Notes: generated by a model not told the origin, from the sequence alone. A stretch of DNA of 64,000 nt from Candidatus Hodarchaeota archaeon (GCA_048887225.1 JBHLJY010000003.1:46420-110419), one strand, 5' to 3'; counted from the stretch's first letter, positions 36,896 to 45,966 are shown. Program-made: numbers and translations.

Positions 36896-37540
36896 TTATC
36901 GCCAAAAGTGGATTATTGGAGAAAAAGTTTCACCTAACCAATAAAAAAAAGATATCCAATAAATACAAGTTAAACCTAGATATAAAAGTCCAAAAAGGGC
37001 TCCAAATAGAAATCCAAATAATACATCAGTTGGGAAGTGAGCACCCAATATCAATCGAGTTATTGCCACAATTACATCAAGTATAATAAAAATTAATAAA
37101 ATTATCCAATTCTGGAAGAAAAAAGCAAATATTATCCCAAAAAACAATAAAAAAGTAACATGTCCAGAAGGAAATGATTTATCTTCTCTAATTAATTCAT
37201 CGTGCTGTTTGACTCCTTCTTCTTCTAATTTTACATAAGGTCGGTTTCTTTTTACAATTTTATAACGAATAATAATGTGAAGTATTATGCTTTGAATAAA
37301 TCCGCCAGTAAATAAAACAAAAAGATAATAATCTTTAGTAATATAACCATAAATAGCCCAAATAAGCCAAATTAAACCCCAAAATTGCATATTGGCGATG
37401 AATGAGAAAATTTTAGCAAACAATATAATTCTTTTTCCTTTAAGAAATTTATTTTTATAAAGTTTAAGAAATGTTTTTTTATCCCACTCATTAATTCTTT
37501 GAATTATCCCTCTTGAAGAAGTCTTTTCTGATAATATCAT
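36896..37540 (-). CDS. PAP2-family membrane phosphatase
   Basis: 'KSFPSGHV' and 'TRLILGAHFPTDVLFG' acid-phosphatase motifs. Multi-TM. Confidence 0.8.
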   Translation of the reverse strand: MILSEKTSSRGIIQRINEWDKKTFLKLYKNKFLKGKRIILFAKIFSFIANMQFWGLIWLIWAIYGYITKDYYLFVLFTGGFIQSIILHIIIRYKIVKRNRPYVKLEEEGVKQHDELIREDKSFPSGHVTFLLFFGIIFAFFFQNWIILLIFIILDVIVAITRLILGAHFPTDVLFGFLFGALFGLLYLGLTCIYWISFFYWLGETFSPIIHFWR

Positions 37541-37791
37541 TATATTATTTATATAAAATAATATTAGCCTTAAATTTTGAATATGTATAAAGGCAGATAT
37601 TTATATTTTTTCCTAACTATAATCGTTTTACTAACTTTAATCATTTGAATATTTGTTTAATTTAATTACTATTTTGTAAAGCTGAATAATTGAATACAAT
37701 TAAGTCAGTCTTCTTAAAGAAAATTATTATTTTTAATCTAATATTTAAAATTCTAGATAAAATTTTTCAAATTATAAAGAATTTATAAGAA

Positions 37792-39174
37792 GTGTGTTTT
37801 ATGGTAGAAAGCGTAAGTATATATGAAAAATATTTTAAAGATCCGAAGCGTGAACCTGTCTTAATTGATTATGTCAGGACGCCTATCGGAAAGAGAAGAG
37901 GGACAGTAGTCCGACATCGTGGCGATGATTTGGTAATACATTGCTATGAAACGCTTTTAAATCGGAATGATTTTGATAAAAGTGTTCTTGGTGATTCGAT
38001 TGTTTCATGTAATAGTCAGATAGGTGAATGTGCACTAGACATTGGTAGAAACGCCGCTATGGGAGCACATTTACCTGTTTCTGTCCCAGGTTTCAGTGTA
38101 AATAGGCATTGTGCGAGTGGCGCTCAAGCTGTTTTATCTGGCTGGCAAGCTATTGCATGCGGTGCAATGGATGCTGTAATTTGTGGCGGTATAGAACTTC
38201 AAAATAAATATCCTATTATGGCGGACGCGTATGTATTTAATGAAGAATTAGGAAAACCTCTAATGGTTGCCCCAAATAAAAAGATTTTAACAAATCCTGA
38301 AGTTGCTGCTAAGTTAAAAGAATTTAATACAACATTATCAGGGCAAATTAATTCAGCTCACGTTTTAGGTATTCATTATTACAGTAAACATAAAGGGATC
38401 TCAATGAATGAATTTAAAGGTGAGTATCGAGATGAGTTTAAACAAGAATTGGATCAAATATCATTACTTTCTCATCAAAAAGCATGTAGCACATACGATG
38501 ATAGAGCTAAAGAAATTGAACCAATATGGTGCCCTAAACTTGACGAAAACGGAAAACCTATGCTTGACGAAAATAATAATGTTGCTCAAGATGAAAGTCT
38601 TTCTGTATTAACGACTCAAGATGAAGGACCTCGCCCAACTACAAGTATAGAAGCATTATCAAAACTAAAAACAATAATAGGGCGTAAAAGTCAAGCATTT
38701 TTAACGGCTGGAAACAGTTGTCCTACAAGCGATGGTGCTGCCGCACAAATCTGGATGACGAGAGGATTAGCTGAAGATTTAGGTCTTAACCCTAGAGCCA
38801 CCATTTTAAATTTTGCTATTGTCGGTACTGACCCTGTATTAATGCTAGATGGTCCAGTTAGAGCTATGCCTGAAGCATTAAAGCGCGCTAACTTATCATT
38901 TGATGATATGGCTTTTATTGAAATTAACGAAGCTTTTAGTTCTGTTGTGTGGTCTTGTTGTAAAGAATTAGGGATAGATTGGAACGATCCAAGATTTAAT
39001 CCATGGGGCGGAGCAATCGCACTAGGGCACCCAACAGGAATGACGGGATGCCGACTAATAGGTACAAATTTACACCAATTAGAGAAGGCTGGAAAAGAAT
39101 ACGCAATTAGTTCTATGTGCGTTGGATTTGGGATGTCTATAGCAACAATTGTAAAAAACGAAAATCCTAAATAA
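37792..39174 (+). CDS. acetyl-CoA C-acyltransferase (bona fide thiolase; start GTG 37792 or ATG 37801)
   Basis: 'VNRHCASGAQAV' (nucleophilic Cys), 'NEAFSS', 'GGAIALGHPTGMTGCR' and 'SMCVGFGMS'. There is a ~60-aa insertion relative to typical ~395-aa thiolases. Confidence 0.85.
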   Translation: MCFMVESVSIYEKYFKDPKREPVLIDYVRTPIGKRRGTVVRHRGDDLVIHCYETLLNRNDFDKSVLGDSIVSCNSQIGECALDIGRNAAMGAHLPVSVPGFSVNRHCASGAQAVLSGWQAIACGAMDAVICGGIELQNKYPIMADAYVFNEELGKPLMVAPNKKILTNPEVAAKLKEFNTTLSGQINSAHVLGIHYYSKHKGISMNEFKGEYRDEFKQELDQISLLSHQKACSTYDDRAKEIEPIWCPKLDENGKPMLDENNNVAQDESLSVLTTQDEGPRPTTSIEALSKLKTIIGRKSQAFLTAGNSCPTSDGAAAQIWMTRGLAEDLGLNPRATILNFAIVGTDPVLMLDGPVRAMPEALKRANLSFDDMAFIEINEAFSSVVWSCCKELGIDWNDPRFNPWGGAIALGHPTGMTGCRLIGTNLHQLEKAGKEYAISSMCVGFGMSIATIVKNENPK

Positions 39175-39182
39175 GATTCTTA

Positions 39183-39200
39183 TTTTTTTTCTTTTTTTTT
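39183..39200 (+). terminator. oligo-T terminator candidate (T8-C-T9) after the thiolase gene
   Basis: 'ttttttttcttttttttt' begins 9 nt after the stop at 39174. Confidence 0.5.
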
Positions 39201-39463
39201 GATTAAAGAATTAATAAAAAATCATCTATTTGATAATTATTTTTTGAGAAATACTAAAAATCAAAGAATAGATCTTCTAATATTGTTAAGATCTCATCCA
39301 TCTGAGCTGTTTTTTTCTTTATTATTTCTATTTTCCTTAATTTCAAATGATTGTTGGATCTAACTGTATTCATTTTTAAATATAATTCCGAAATAAATTT
39401 AAATAATATTTCAATAAAACAAGAGTATTATAACCAGCTTTTACAAATATGGAGGGAGTGGGA

Positions 39464-39493
39464 AATCCGAGAATCGAGGAGATCTCGAAAGTT
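39464..39493 (-). other. tRNA intron 2 (~30 nt, in T-loop, about position 59/60; boundaries +/-2 nt)
   Basis: The insert 'AACTTTCGAGATCTCCTCGATTCTCGGATT' sits between TTCGAA and T-CCCAC. It contains the hairpin TCGAG-ATCTC-CTCGA. Confidence 0.7.
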
Positions 39494-39539
39494 TTCGAAC
39501 CCACGAAGGCCTATGCCACTGGATCTTAAGTCCAGCACC

Positions 39540-39569
39540 TCTAATCGGTCTTGACCCATATCAAGAGAG
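39540..39569 (-). other. tRNA intron 1 (~30 nt, in D-loop/D-stem junction, about position 22/23; boundaries +/-2 nt)
   Basis: The insert 'CTCTCTTGATATGGGTCAAGACCGATTAGA' interrupts an otherwise canonical class-II D-arm. It contains internal complementary segments (TCAA/TTGA, GGTC/GACC, CTCT/AGAG). Confidence 0.7.
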
Positions 39570-39618
39570 TTTGACCAGGCTCGGTAATCCCTCCAGCTAA
39601 ATTATAACAGATCGAAAT

Positions 39619-39626
39619 CATATAGC
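39619..39626 (-). promoter_or_regulatory. candidate TATA box for the tRNA-Leu gene
   Basis: Minus-strand 'CTATATG' is centred about 27-28 nt upstream of the tRNA 5' end, which is the expected archaeal spacing. AT-rich background lowers specificity. Confidence 0.35.
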
Positions 39627-39822
39627 GAATTTACTTTCTTAGCTGTTAAAGACAATAATTTAAAATAAAAATTTAGATTTAAAATTTATCTTTGCTATAG
39701 ATTTAAATAATACCAAGATATTAAAATAGTGATAACAAGATAAGTTTTATATAAACTGAGATTCATTTCTAATTTAACTATTATAAAAAAATTATTATTT
39801 AGATTAAAACGAGGTTAGTATT

Positions 39823-40200
39823 TTGCCTATTGGTATCTTAATAATTAGATGGGATAATGAAATAGGGCCTATAAACGAAGGATTTTATCCTGATAATTTA
39901 AAAATTACAAACAACTTGTTGACACAAGTATATTCAAGTCATAGATATCAATCTTTAAAGCCTGGTTTTGCTTCAATCTCCCTCAAAAATAATAAAGTAG
40001 TATCGTTTTTCTCTGGAGTTGGTGAGGATCATATTTCTGTCGAAAACCATGTAATTGCGCTTTTATTACGTCGTGATGAAAAACCCAATAAATATAGGGA
40101 AATTTTAAAAAAAATTGCGGCAGAACTTCTTGATAAAATTCCCGATGGTACGTTTAAAGGCTCCCTACCTGATTTGTATCAAGAATTAGCAAAAGTGTAG
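39823..40200 (+). CDS. small alpha/beta protein, possibly longin-like fold
   Basis: 125 aa with a TTG start preceded by GAGGT. Predicted order by eye: beta ('GILIIRW'), beta ('PINEGFYP'), alpha ('LLTQVYSS'), beta ('FASISLKN'), beta ('KVVSFFSG'), beta ('HVIALLLRR'), alpha ('KYREILKKIAAELLDKI'), alpha. This is the longin topology. Confidence 0.35.
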   Translation: MPIGILIIRWDNEIGPINEGFYPDNLKITNNLLTQVYSSHRYQSLKPGFASISLKNNKVVSFFSGVGEDHISVENHVIALLLRRDEKPNKYREILKKIAAELLDKIPDGTFKGSLPDLYQELAKV

Positions 40201-40301
40201 TGTTTAAGATATTTCTAATAATTTTCATGAAATATAGCTTTTTTTATTACAAAATAGACAAATATTATAAAGAACAATAAAATAATAAGAAAATAAAGTC
40301 T

Positions 40302-41405
40302 CTATTCAAATTTTTTGGCCGTTATTTTTCCATCAGCGCTCATTTCGACAGCTCCGATTTTTTGCAATCGGTCAACATCTCTTTTCACTGTTACCATTGG
40401 CGTACCCACAGCACCTCTTAGATCTTCCAAAGAAATTGAACCGACATCTTGGATTATAAAAAAAGATTTAAAAATCGGATCCTCTTCCATTATTGGCCTT
40501 AATGTATCAAGGAAAAATATTTTTGAAAAATTCTCTTCCTTGAACTTCTTTAGGTCAACAATACTTTGTTCAAAATTTTTAATTTTTTCATTAGCTTCAT
40601 TGTTTTTATCGCTTAATTCGCTTAATGTGCTTTTCATCTCATTATACTTTTCAGCCATATCTTTCGCTTCAGCTATTTTTTCTTTATACTCTATATTTTG
40701 CTCTAATAATTGAGTTTCCAATTTTGATATTTCTTGCTTTAATTTTTGTTTTTCTTCTGAATGTTCTAATTTTAAATCTTCAACTACTTTTATTTTTTGA
40801 TCTACCAATTGAGTTTCCAATTTTGATATTTCTTGTTTTAATTTTTGTCTTTCTTCTGAATGTTTGATTTTTAAATCGTCAACTACTGTTTTAGGAATAC
40901 CTGCTTTGAAATCCTCCAACTGTGCTTTTAAAGCTTCAGCTTCTGATTCTGCCTCTTTTATTCTATTTGATAAAGTTTTTAAAGTTTCATTTTTTGCATT
41001 AACTTCTGTATTTTTTCCTGCCAATTCTGCTTTTAGATCTCCAATCGTTTCAAGAGCAGCTTCTATTTTTATTTGAGTAGGATTCATGCGTTTTATTGTT
41101 AATTCTAATTCTTTTTGAGCTTGAACCATTGAACCTTTAGTATGATCTAATTCTAAATCCTTTTCTCTAAGTTGGGCTCGTTGTTCGCCTATAATTCTTT
41201 TTAATTCTATTATATCATCTGGTATATCATCTATTTCGGCTAATTTTGATTTCTGCTCATCCAAGAGAGCTGTCTGTTCACTTATAATTTTTTTCTGTCT
41301 CTCAACTAATTCAGTTAAACGCCCTATTTTTTCTTCCATGCGTGCTGTCATGTCTTGGCTTTTTTCGAGGTTATCAAGAGTTTTTCTTAAATCTTTTTTT
41401 GCCAT
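40302..41405 (-). CDS. coiled-coil protein with C-terminal winged-helix-like domain
   Basis: About 280 aa of E/K/L/Q heptad sequence, then 'ISLEDLRGAVGTPMVTVKRDVDRLQKIGAVEMSADGKITAKKF'. Confidence 0.55.
   Translation of the reverse strand: MAKKDLRKTLDNLEKSQDMTARMEEKIGRLTELVERQKKIISEQTALLDEQKSKLAEIDDIPDDIIELKRIIGEQRAQLREKDLELDHTKGSMVQAQKELELTIKRMNPTQIKIEAALETIGDLKAELAGKNTEVNAKNETLKTLSNRIKEAESEAEALKAQLEDFKAGIPKTVVDDLKIKHSEERQKLKQEISKLETQLVDQKIKVVEDLKLEHSEEKQKLKQEISKLETQLLEQNIEYKEKIAEAKDMAEKYNEMKSTLSELSDKNNEANEKIKNFEQSIVDLKKFKEENFSKIFFLDTLRPIMEEDPIFKSFFIIQDVGSISLEDLRGAVGTPMVTVKRDVDRLQKIGAVEMSADGKITAKKFE
40707..40886 (-). repeat. 99-bp (33-codon) in-frame tandem duplication, ~1.8 copies, inside the coiled-coil gene
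   Basis: 'aattgagtttccaattttgatatttcttg.tttaatttttgt.tttcttctgaatgtt...' recurs with a 99-nt period. It encodes 'VVDDLKIKHSEERQKLKQEISKLETQLVDQKIK' / 'VVEDLKLEHSEEKQKLKQEISKLETQLLEQNIE'. Confidence 0.9.
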
Positions 41406-41670
41406 CGTGATCTTTTCTTCTTTATATTAATTTTAAATCGTAAGTATTAAATGATAATGGAATTATTTATTTTTTTCCATCAAATATCTATAACTAATAA
41501 TAGGGTAATCTTTTAAATTGTTATCAAATTATTTAAAATTTTAGTCGATTTACTTTAAATAATTTATTACGATTAAAAGGTGATTTCATTTTTCAGCTAT
41601 ATATTTTAAATCTAAAATATCTAATCTTTTTATCCTAATATCTTATAATTATAAAAATGAAACCGAGAGA

Positions 41671-42165
41671 TTGGTTTTAAACTCTATTATTTTTTTTAAA
41701 AATAAAAAAGATATATTAGATTACATTGAAACTAATGATTTGAATTTAAAGAAAAATATTAGTCCAAATGAAGATATTTTACTACAAAATCTATTTATTT
41801 TAATTAGCAATTATTTTTCAGGTAAAAAATTCAGTTTGTACCAAAAAATTAAAGATTTAAAAATAGATTTAAATCTAAAAGATAAATTTTCAACAGAATT
41901 TGCTTTAAAGGTTATTAATCACATATTAAGCATTAAATATGGTGAAGTTACAACTTATTCAGATATAGGAAAAGAAATAGGTTCAAAAGCCTATAGAGCA
42001 ATAGGAAATGTTTTAAAAAAGAATCCTTTACCTCTTATTATTCCTTGTCATCGGATTATAAGAAAAAATGGAAAAATCGGGGGTTTTATGGGAAAAATGA
42101 ATAATACATGGCAACAGAATCTTAAGAAATATTTATTAAATTTGGAAAGGCAAAAATCTATTTAA
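41671..42165 (+). CDS. ogt: O6-alkylguanine-DNA alkyltransferase
   Basis: 'TYSDIGKEIGSKAYRAIGNVLKKNPLPLIIPCHRII' with the PCHR active site. TTG start. Confidence 0.85.
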   Translation: MVLNSIIFFKNKKDILDYIETNDLNLKKNISPNEDILLQNLFILISNYFSGKKFSLYQKIKDLKIDLNLKDKFSTEFALKVINHILSIKYGEVTTYSDIGKEIGSKAYRAIGNVLKKNPLPLIIPCHRIIRKNGKIGGFMGKMNNTWQQNLKKYLLNLERQKSI

Positions 42166-42179
42166 ACATTAAGTCCTTT

Positions 42180-43217
42180 TTAAAACACACCCGTTCTAAT
42201 ATCAAAAACAGTTCCTACAGAACAATTAAAAGCTTTAGTGTTGAGAATTCTTGATGTATTTATTTCATGAATAAATCTCTCTCCAGTGCAATGAATAGGA
42301 AAAAGATATAAAAACTTGTAATTTTCTTGAAATGTTTTTAAGTATCTTATTGTAGCTCTAATTCTTTCCATCGGAGCGTTGGCCAAGTGAATTCCTCCTA
42401 TAATATGAGTTATTAATTTATCAGTCGAATCTTTTACATAATCTATGGTATTCATAATTCCAGAATGACAACACCCTGTTAACAATACCACATTTTCATT
42501 ATACTCGAAAATTAAGCATTTATCATCTAAAATCTTATCTGCTTCAAGTGTTCCTTCTTGAAGTGAGAAAAAATTGTTAAAATCTTCTTCCTCGTATTTT
42601 CTTGGTATTTCACCACTTACGGTGATTTTTAAATTTTCATCCTTAAATAGCTCGTAAGGATGTCTTGAAAAAAACATACTCCCACTTAAATCTTTAATTT
42701 TTTCTAAATCCACTGGCTCTTGATTTACTATCTTAGATGTATTTAATAAATGTAAAATTTCTTCCCGGGTTTTGCCTTCCAAATCATTATTTTTAATTTC
42801 TTCAGAGCGTCTAAAAAAGCGTTCATATTTTGCATCATTATGGCAAATAATTGTAATATCTCTTTCAATTCGTTTTAAAATCTCATTTAATCCACCAATA
42901 TGGTCGTGATGCCAGTGTGATAGAACAATATAGTCAACCTCATGAACACTGTAATTTCTAATATCTAAATTATGTAAGAAAGTTAAATTGGTTCCACCAG
43001 TATCAAAAATGATTTTTTTTTTCAATTTTGGCCCCCATTGATCGTCAAGGTCATCCATATCATAAATATTAATTAAAAATCCTAAACCATGCTCAGCCAA
43101 CGACTTATTAGCAAAAAACTTATTCAAATCTATAAAATCTAAATTGTATATTTTTTGGAGTTGTTGAAATGGTAAAACAACATTGTTCGCTAGAAGAATT
43201 ATTTCTGTTTTAATCAT
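42180..43217 (-). CDS. metallo-beta-lactamase-fold protein (COG1237-like)
   Basis: 'IVLSHWHHDHIGG' HxHxDH motif and a later 'CCHSG'. 345 aa. Confidence 0.75.
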   Translation of the reverse strand: MIKTEIILLANNVVLPFQQLQKIYNLDFIDLNKFFANKSLAEHGLGFLINIYDMDDLDDQWGPKLKKKIIFDTGGTNLTFLHNLDIRNYSVHEVDYIVLSHWHHDHIGGLNEILKRIERDITIICHNDAKYERFFRRSEEIKNNDLEGKTREEILHLLNTSKIVNQEPVDLEKIKDLSGSMFFSRHPYELFKDENLKITVSGEIPRKYEEEDFNNFFSLQEGTLEADKILDDKCLIFEYNENVVLLTGCCHSGIMNTIDYVKDSTDKLITHIIGGIHLANAPMERIRATIRYLKTFQENYKFLYLFPIHCTGERFIHEINTSRILNTKAFNCSVGTVFDIRTGVF

Positions 43218-43232
43218 TTGAAAATTAACTCC

Positions 43233-44186
43233 CTACAGAAATAATATTATATAATTTCCTAGAATAATTAAACCCACCGCGATTATGAATCTTTTTCTAA
43301 ATTTCTCCTTTAAAATAAGAATTGAAAAAATTTGTTGAACCATTGGTGTGTTTGCTGTTATTGTACTTGTCAGTACTAATCCATTTATTTCTGCAGCTTT
43401 ATAAAATAACGAATCAGCAAAGCCTAAAGATAAAGATCCAGCAATTCCGATATAAGCGTAATACTTTAAATATTTTTTATTTTCCTTTTTAAAGCCAGAA
43501 TAGTATTCTCTTTGAGATATACCTAATAAAGCTGTGCTAACTGTGGCAAAAGCGATTCGAATGAAATTAGTGACAAATACATCACCACTAATAATTCTTG
43601 CTTGATGAAAAGAGACCATTGCAAGTGCCCAAAAGAATGCAGTTCCAATAGCAAAAATAATTCCTATAATAATCTTCTCAGATTCCTTTTGTTTTAACTC
43701 ATTTTCTTCAATTGAATGAGTATCATTTTGTTTTTCTACCTCTTTATCTTTTTTAATTAATAAAAAAACGCTTGAAAGGATTAATATACCTCCTATAAAA
43801 ATTGAGATTGTAATATTTTCACCAAATAAGAAATATGCAAAAGGATAAACAAAAACTAGTGAAATTTGCGTTAATGGATATGCCCTGGAAGCATCAATTT
43901 TTTTTAATGAAGCAAAGTAAAATATATCACCAATTGTTACTGTAACTCCAGAGATTAAACAAGCAATTAAAAATATATATAATTCCTCTTCATTTAATTC
44001 AGGAAAAAATTGATAATTTCCAAGAACTAAAGAGATAAGAAGAGTAAAAGCGCTAACACAACATAGTCTAAATAGTATTGTTCCCTTTGGATCCGTTTTT
44101 TCTAATCCTTTTTTATATACCAATGATGCAATAGCCCATGTAAAAATAGCGTCAAGGGCTAATATATATCCAATTAATTCTGGCAT
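43233..44186 (-). CDS. EamA/DMT-superfamily transporter
   Basis: About 10 TM helices in two halves separated by a charged loop, the typical EamA duplication. 317 aa. Confidence 0.75.
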   Translation of the reverse strand: MPELIGYILALDAIFTWAIASLVYKKGLEKTDPKGTILFRLCCVSAFTLLISLVLGNYQFFPELNEEELYIFLIACLISGVTVTIGDIFYFASLKKIDASRAYPLTQISLVFVYPFAYFLFGENITISIFIGGILILSSVFLLIKKDKEVEKQNDTHSIEENELKQKESEKIIIGIIFAIGTAFFWALAMVSFHQARIISGDVFVTNFIRIAFATVSTALLGISQREYYSGFKKENKKYLKYYAYIGIAGSLSLGFADSLFYKAAEINGLVLTSTITANTPMVQQIFSILILKEKFRKRFIIAVGLIILGNYIILFL

Positions 44187-44224
44187 TTAATTCGACTAAC
44201 TAGTTATTTATTTTTATATATTAC

Positions 44225-44788
44225 TTATTTTAGAGAATCATCAATTATTTTTCCGATCAAAATTCTATTAATATATATACCCTCTTTTAATTTAGCTCCA
44301 TATTTCCTTCTACCTTCGATTTGATATTTTAACTTCTCAACATATAACTTTTCTGCCATTAGATTGTTATTAAAATATTCAGTTTCCAGTTTTTTAAGTC
44401 CTCTTTCTTTTGCGATATTCTCTATTATTAAAAGTAATCTCGTTCCTAAACCCTTATTTTGAAACTCAGGATGGATTGCTATACCCCATTTCCCGATATG
44501 ACCCATTTTTTTATTTCTAAGGTTTAATTCCAAGTTAGCAGTAGCTATAATTTTTCCATTATATATGGCCCCTATCATAATATAATTGTCTTTATTTGAC
44601 ATTATTATTTCAAAATTTCTTCTATCTTGCTCTAAATTTTCCTTATCAAACTCTAAAGCTAGATATTTATTTACTTGATTAAGCCAACTGTGAACATATT
44701 CATAATTTTTATTGATTTTGTAATCATCCATCGTTAATCTTTTGATGATTACGACTCTTCCGTCTTTTATTTTAAACTCTTCAATCAT
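44225..44788 (-). CDS. GNAT-family N-acetyltransferase
   Basis: 'IAIHPEFQNKGLGTRLL' acetyl-CoA-binding motif (Q/RxxGxG/A). 187 aa. Confidence 0.8.
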   Translation of the reverse strand: MIEEFKIKDGRVVIIKRLTMDDYKINKNYEYVHSWLNQVNKYLALEFDKENLEQDRRNFEIIMSNKDNYIMIGAIYNGKIIATANLELNLRNKKMGHIGKWGIAIHPEFQNKGLGTRLLLIIENIAKERGLKKLETEYFNNNLMAEKLYVEKLKYQIEGRRKYGAKLKEGIYINRILIGKIIDDSLK

Positions 44789-44926
44789 ATCTCTTTATTT
44801 AATCGATTTTAATTTTAACTAGTTTTAAATAATTTTAAAAGTATATTAAAAATAAGTTAAATGAATGCTTAGCCGTTTTATAATCTTATTTGAATTTCTT
44901 CAATTTAGTAATGAAATGTGATTTAA

Positions 44927-45196
44927 TTGAATTTTATCGAATTAATAAAAGAATTGATTCTAATTCATTGCGCAAGAGGTCCACTGAGGTGTGACAAATG
45001 CAAAAAATTGGTCGCGAAAGGAAAAAAATTCTGTTTAATCAAAGCTTATTTAAAAGCAGGAAAAATTGCTCGACCTATGACTCAAATTAATATCAACAAT
45101 GAGGAAGTATTTTGTGAATACGACGTTGAAAAAGTGTTTGTAGACGAAAATAAAGCAAAGAAATATGCTATAAATAATGGGATAGAAATTCAATAG
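44927..45196 (+). CDS. hypothetical small protein
   Basis: 89-aa TTG-start ORF containing 'CDKCKK'. No recognisable family and the start is uncertain. Confidence 0.3.
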   Translation: MNFIELIKELILIHCARGPLRCDKCKKLVAKGKKFCLIKAYLKAGKIARPMTQININNEEVFCEYDVEKVFVDENKAKKYAINNGIEIQ

Positions 45197-45261
45197 TCCA
45201 ATATGAGAATTTATTTTTAATTTGGAGAAATTTAATATATTTTAAGTTATTTTATGAAATT

Positions 45262-45966
45262 ATGAGAAAAGAAGATATATTAAGGTCTATAGATGCTAAT
45301 GTCCTAAGGGACTCTAATATTCAAAAAATAGACCTAAGTAAAAATCAAAAGATAAATAAATCATTAACGTTTAGTTCAGGAACGACCACTGTTGGCTTAA
45401 AATGTAAAGATGTAGTTGTCTTAGGCACTGATAAAAGAGCTACGATGGCATACTTTATTGCTAGTAAAATATCTGAAAAATTATTCAAGATCCAAGATCA
45501 TTTATGGATGACAACAGCGGGATCTGTGGCTGATTCTCAGTATATCATTGACATAATAAGGGCAGAAACAACGATATATCAACTTCAAAAAGAAAAACCA
45601 GTTCCTATAAAATCAGCTGGAAAAATGTTGTCAAATCTTCTCTATAGATATAAATTATTTCCCTTTCAAGTTGGTCTTATTTTAGGAGGCGTGACCAGAG
45701 AAGAAGGCCCCGTATTATTGGATATAGGCGCTTATGGTTCAATTTTACCAGAAAAATACGTTGCTGTAGGGAGCGGACAGAATTTTTCTTATGGTGTGTT
45801 AGAAGCTAAGTATAAAGAGGGATTATCAGTTGAAGAAGGGAAAAAAATCGTCAAGTCAGCTGTAACATCTTCAATAATCCGAGATATGGCAAGTGGGAAT
45901 GGAATTGATATTGTTGTTGTTAAAGAGAAGGGTCCCGCAGAAAAGGAGTTTATTTCAATAAAATAA
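45262..45966 (+). CDS. psmB: proteasome beta subunit precursor
   Basis: The propeptide ends at 'SSG|TTTVGLKCKDVVVLGTDKRAT', with the catalytic Thr after Gly. 234 aa. Confidence 0.9.
   Translation: MRKEDILRSIDANVLRDSNIQKIDLSKNQKINKSLTFSSGTTTVGLKCKDVVVLGTDKRATMAYFIASKISEKLFKIQDHLWMTTAGSVADSQYIIDIIRAETTIYQLQKEKPVPIKSAGKMLSNLLYRYKLFPFQVGLILGGVTREEGPVLLDIGAYGSILPEKYVAVGSGQNFSYGVLEAKYKEGLSVEEGKKIVKSAVTSSIIRDMASGNGIDIVVVKEKGPAEKEFISIK

Larger units (their letters stand above)
39450..39594 (-). tRNA. tRNA-Leu (anticodon UAA) with two non-canonical introns (D-loop and T-loop)
   Basis: Minus strand folded by hand. Acceptor GGAGGGA/TCCCTCC (7 bp) with discriminator A. D-arm ACCG-AGCCTGGTCAAA-[30 nt]-GGT. 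Anticodon arm CTGGA-CTTAAGA-TCCAG. Long variable arm TGGCATAGGCCTTC (GGC/GCC stem). T-arm GTGGG-TTCGAA-[30 nt]-T-CCCAC. The mature length would be 85 nt. It is a GC-rich island in AT-rich DNA, and no CCA is encoded. Confidence 0.85.

Noticed and set aside
28622-38611. Same-strand alternative-frame ORFs 28622..28840, 32946..33167 and 38408..38611
   Set aside because: They are out-of-frame within, or overlapping, the HgdA-like, SepF-like and thiolase genes. No independent support was found.
39270-39294. 7-bp inverted repeat AGATCTT-(11 nt)-AAGATCT between the thiolase gene and the tRNA
   Set aside because: It is short, AT-rich and unaccompanied by other signals. Such a repeat is expected by chance in this composition, and archaeal termination is better explained by the adjacent oligo-T tracts.
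39351-39554. 67-aa plus-strand ORF ('...WREWEIRESRRSRKFSNPRRPMPLDLKSSTSNRS')
   Set aside because: It lies entirely across the minus-strand tRNA-Leu gene. The Arg/Ser/Pro-rich translation is what a GC-rich structured RNA read in the wrong sense produces.
40315-41076. Plus-strand ORFs 40315..40713, 40625..40867 and 40864..41076
   Set aside because: They are antisense to the coiled-coil gene. Their Ser/Phe/Leu-rich translations mirror the Glu/Lys/Leu codons of the real frame.
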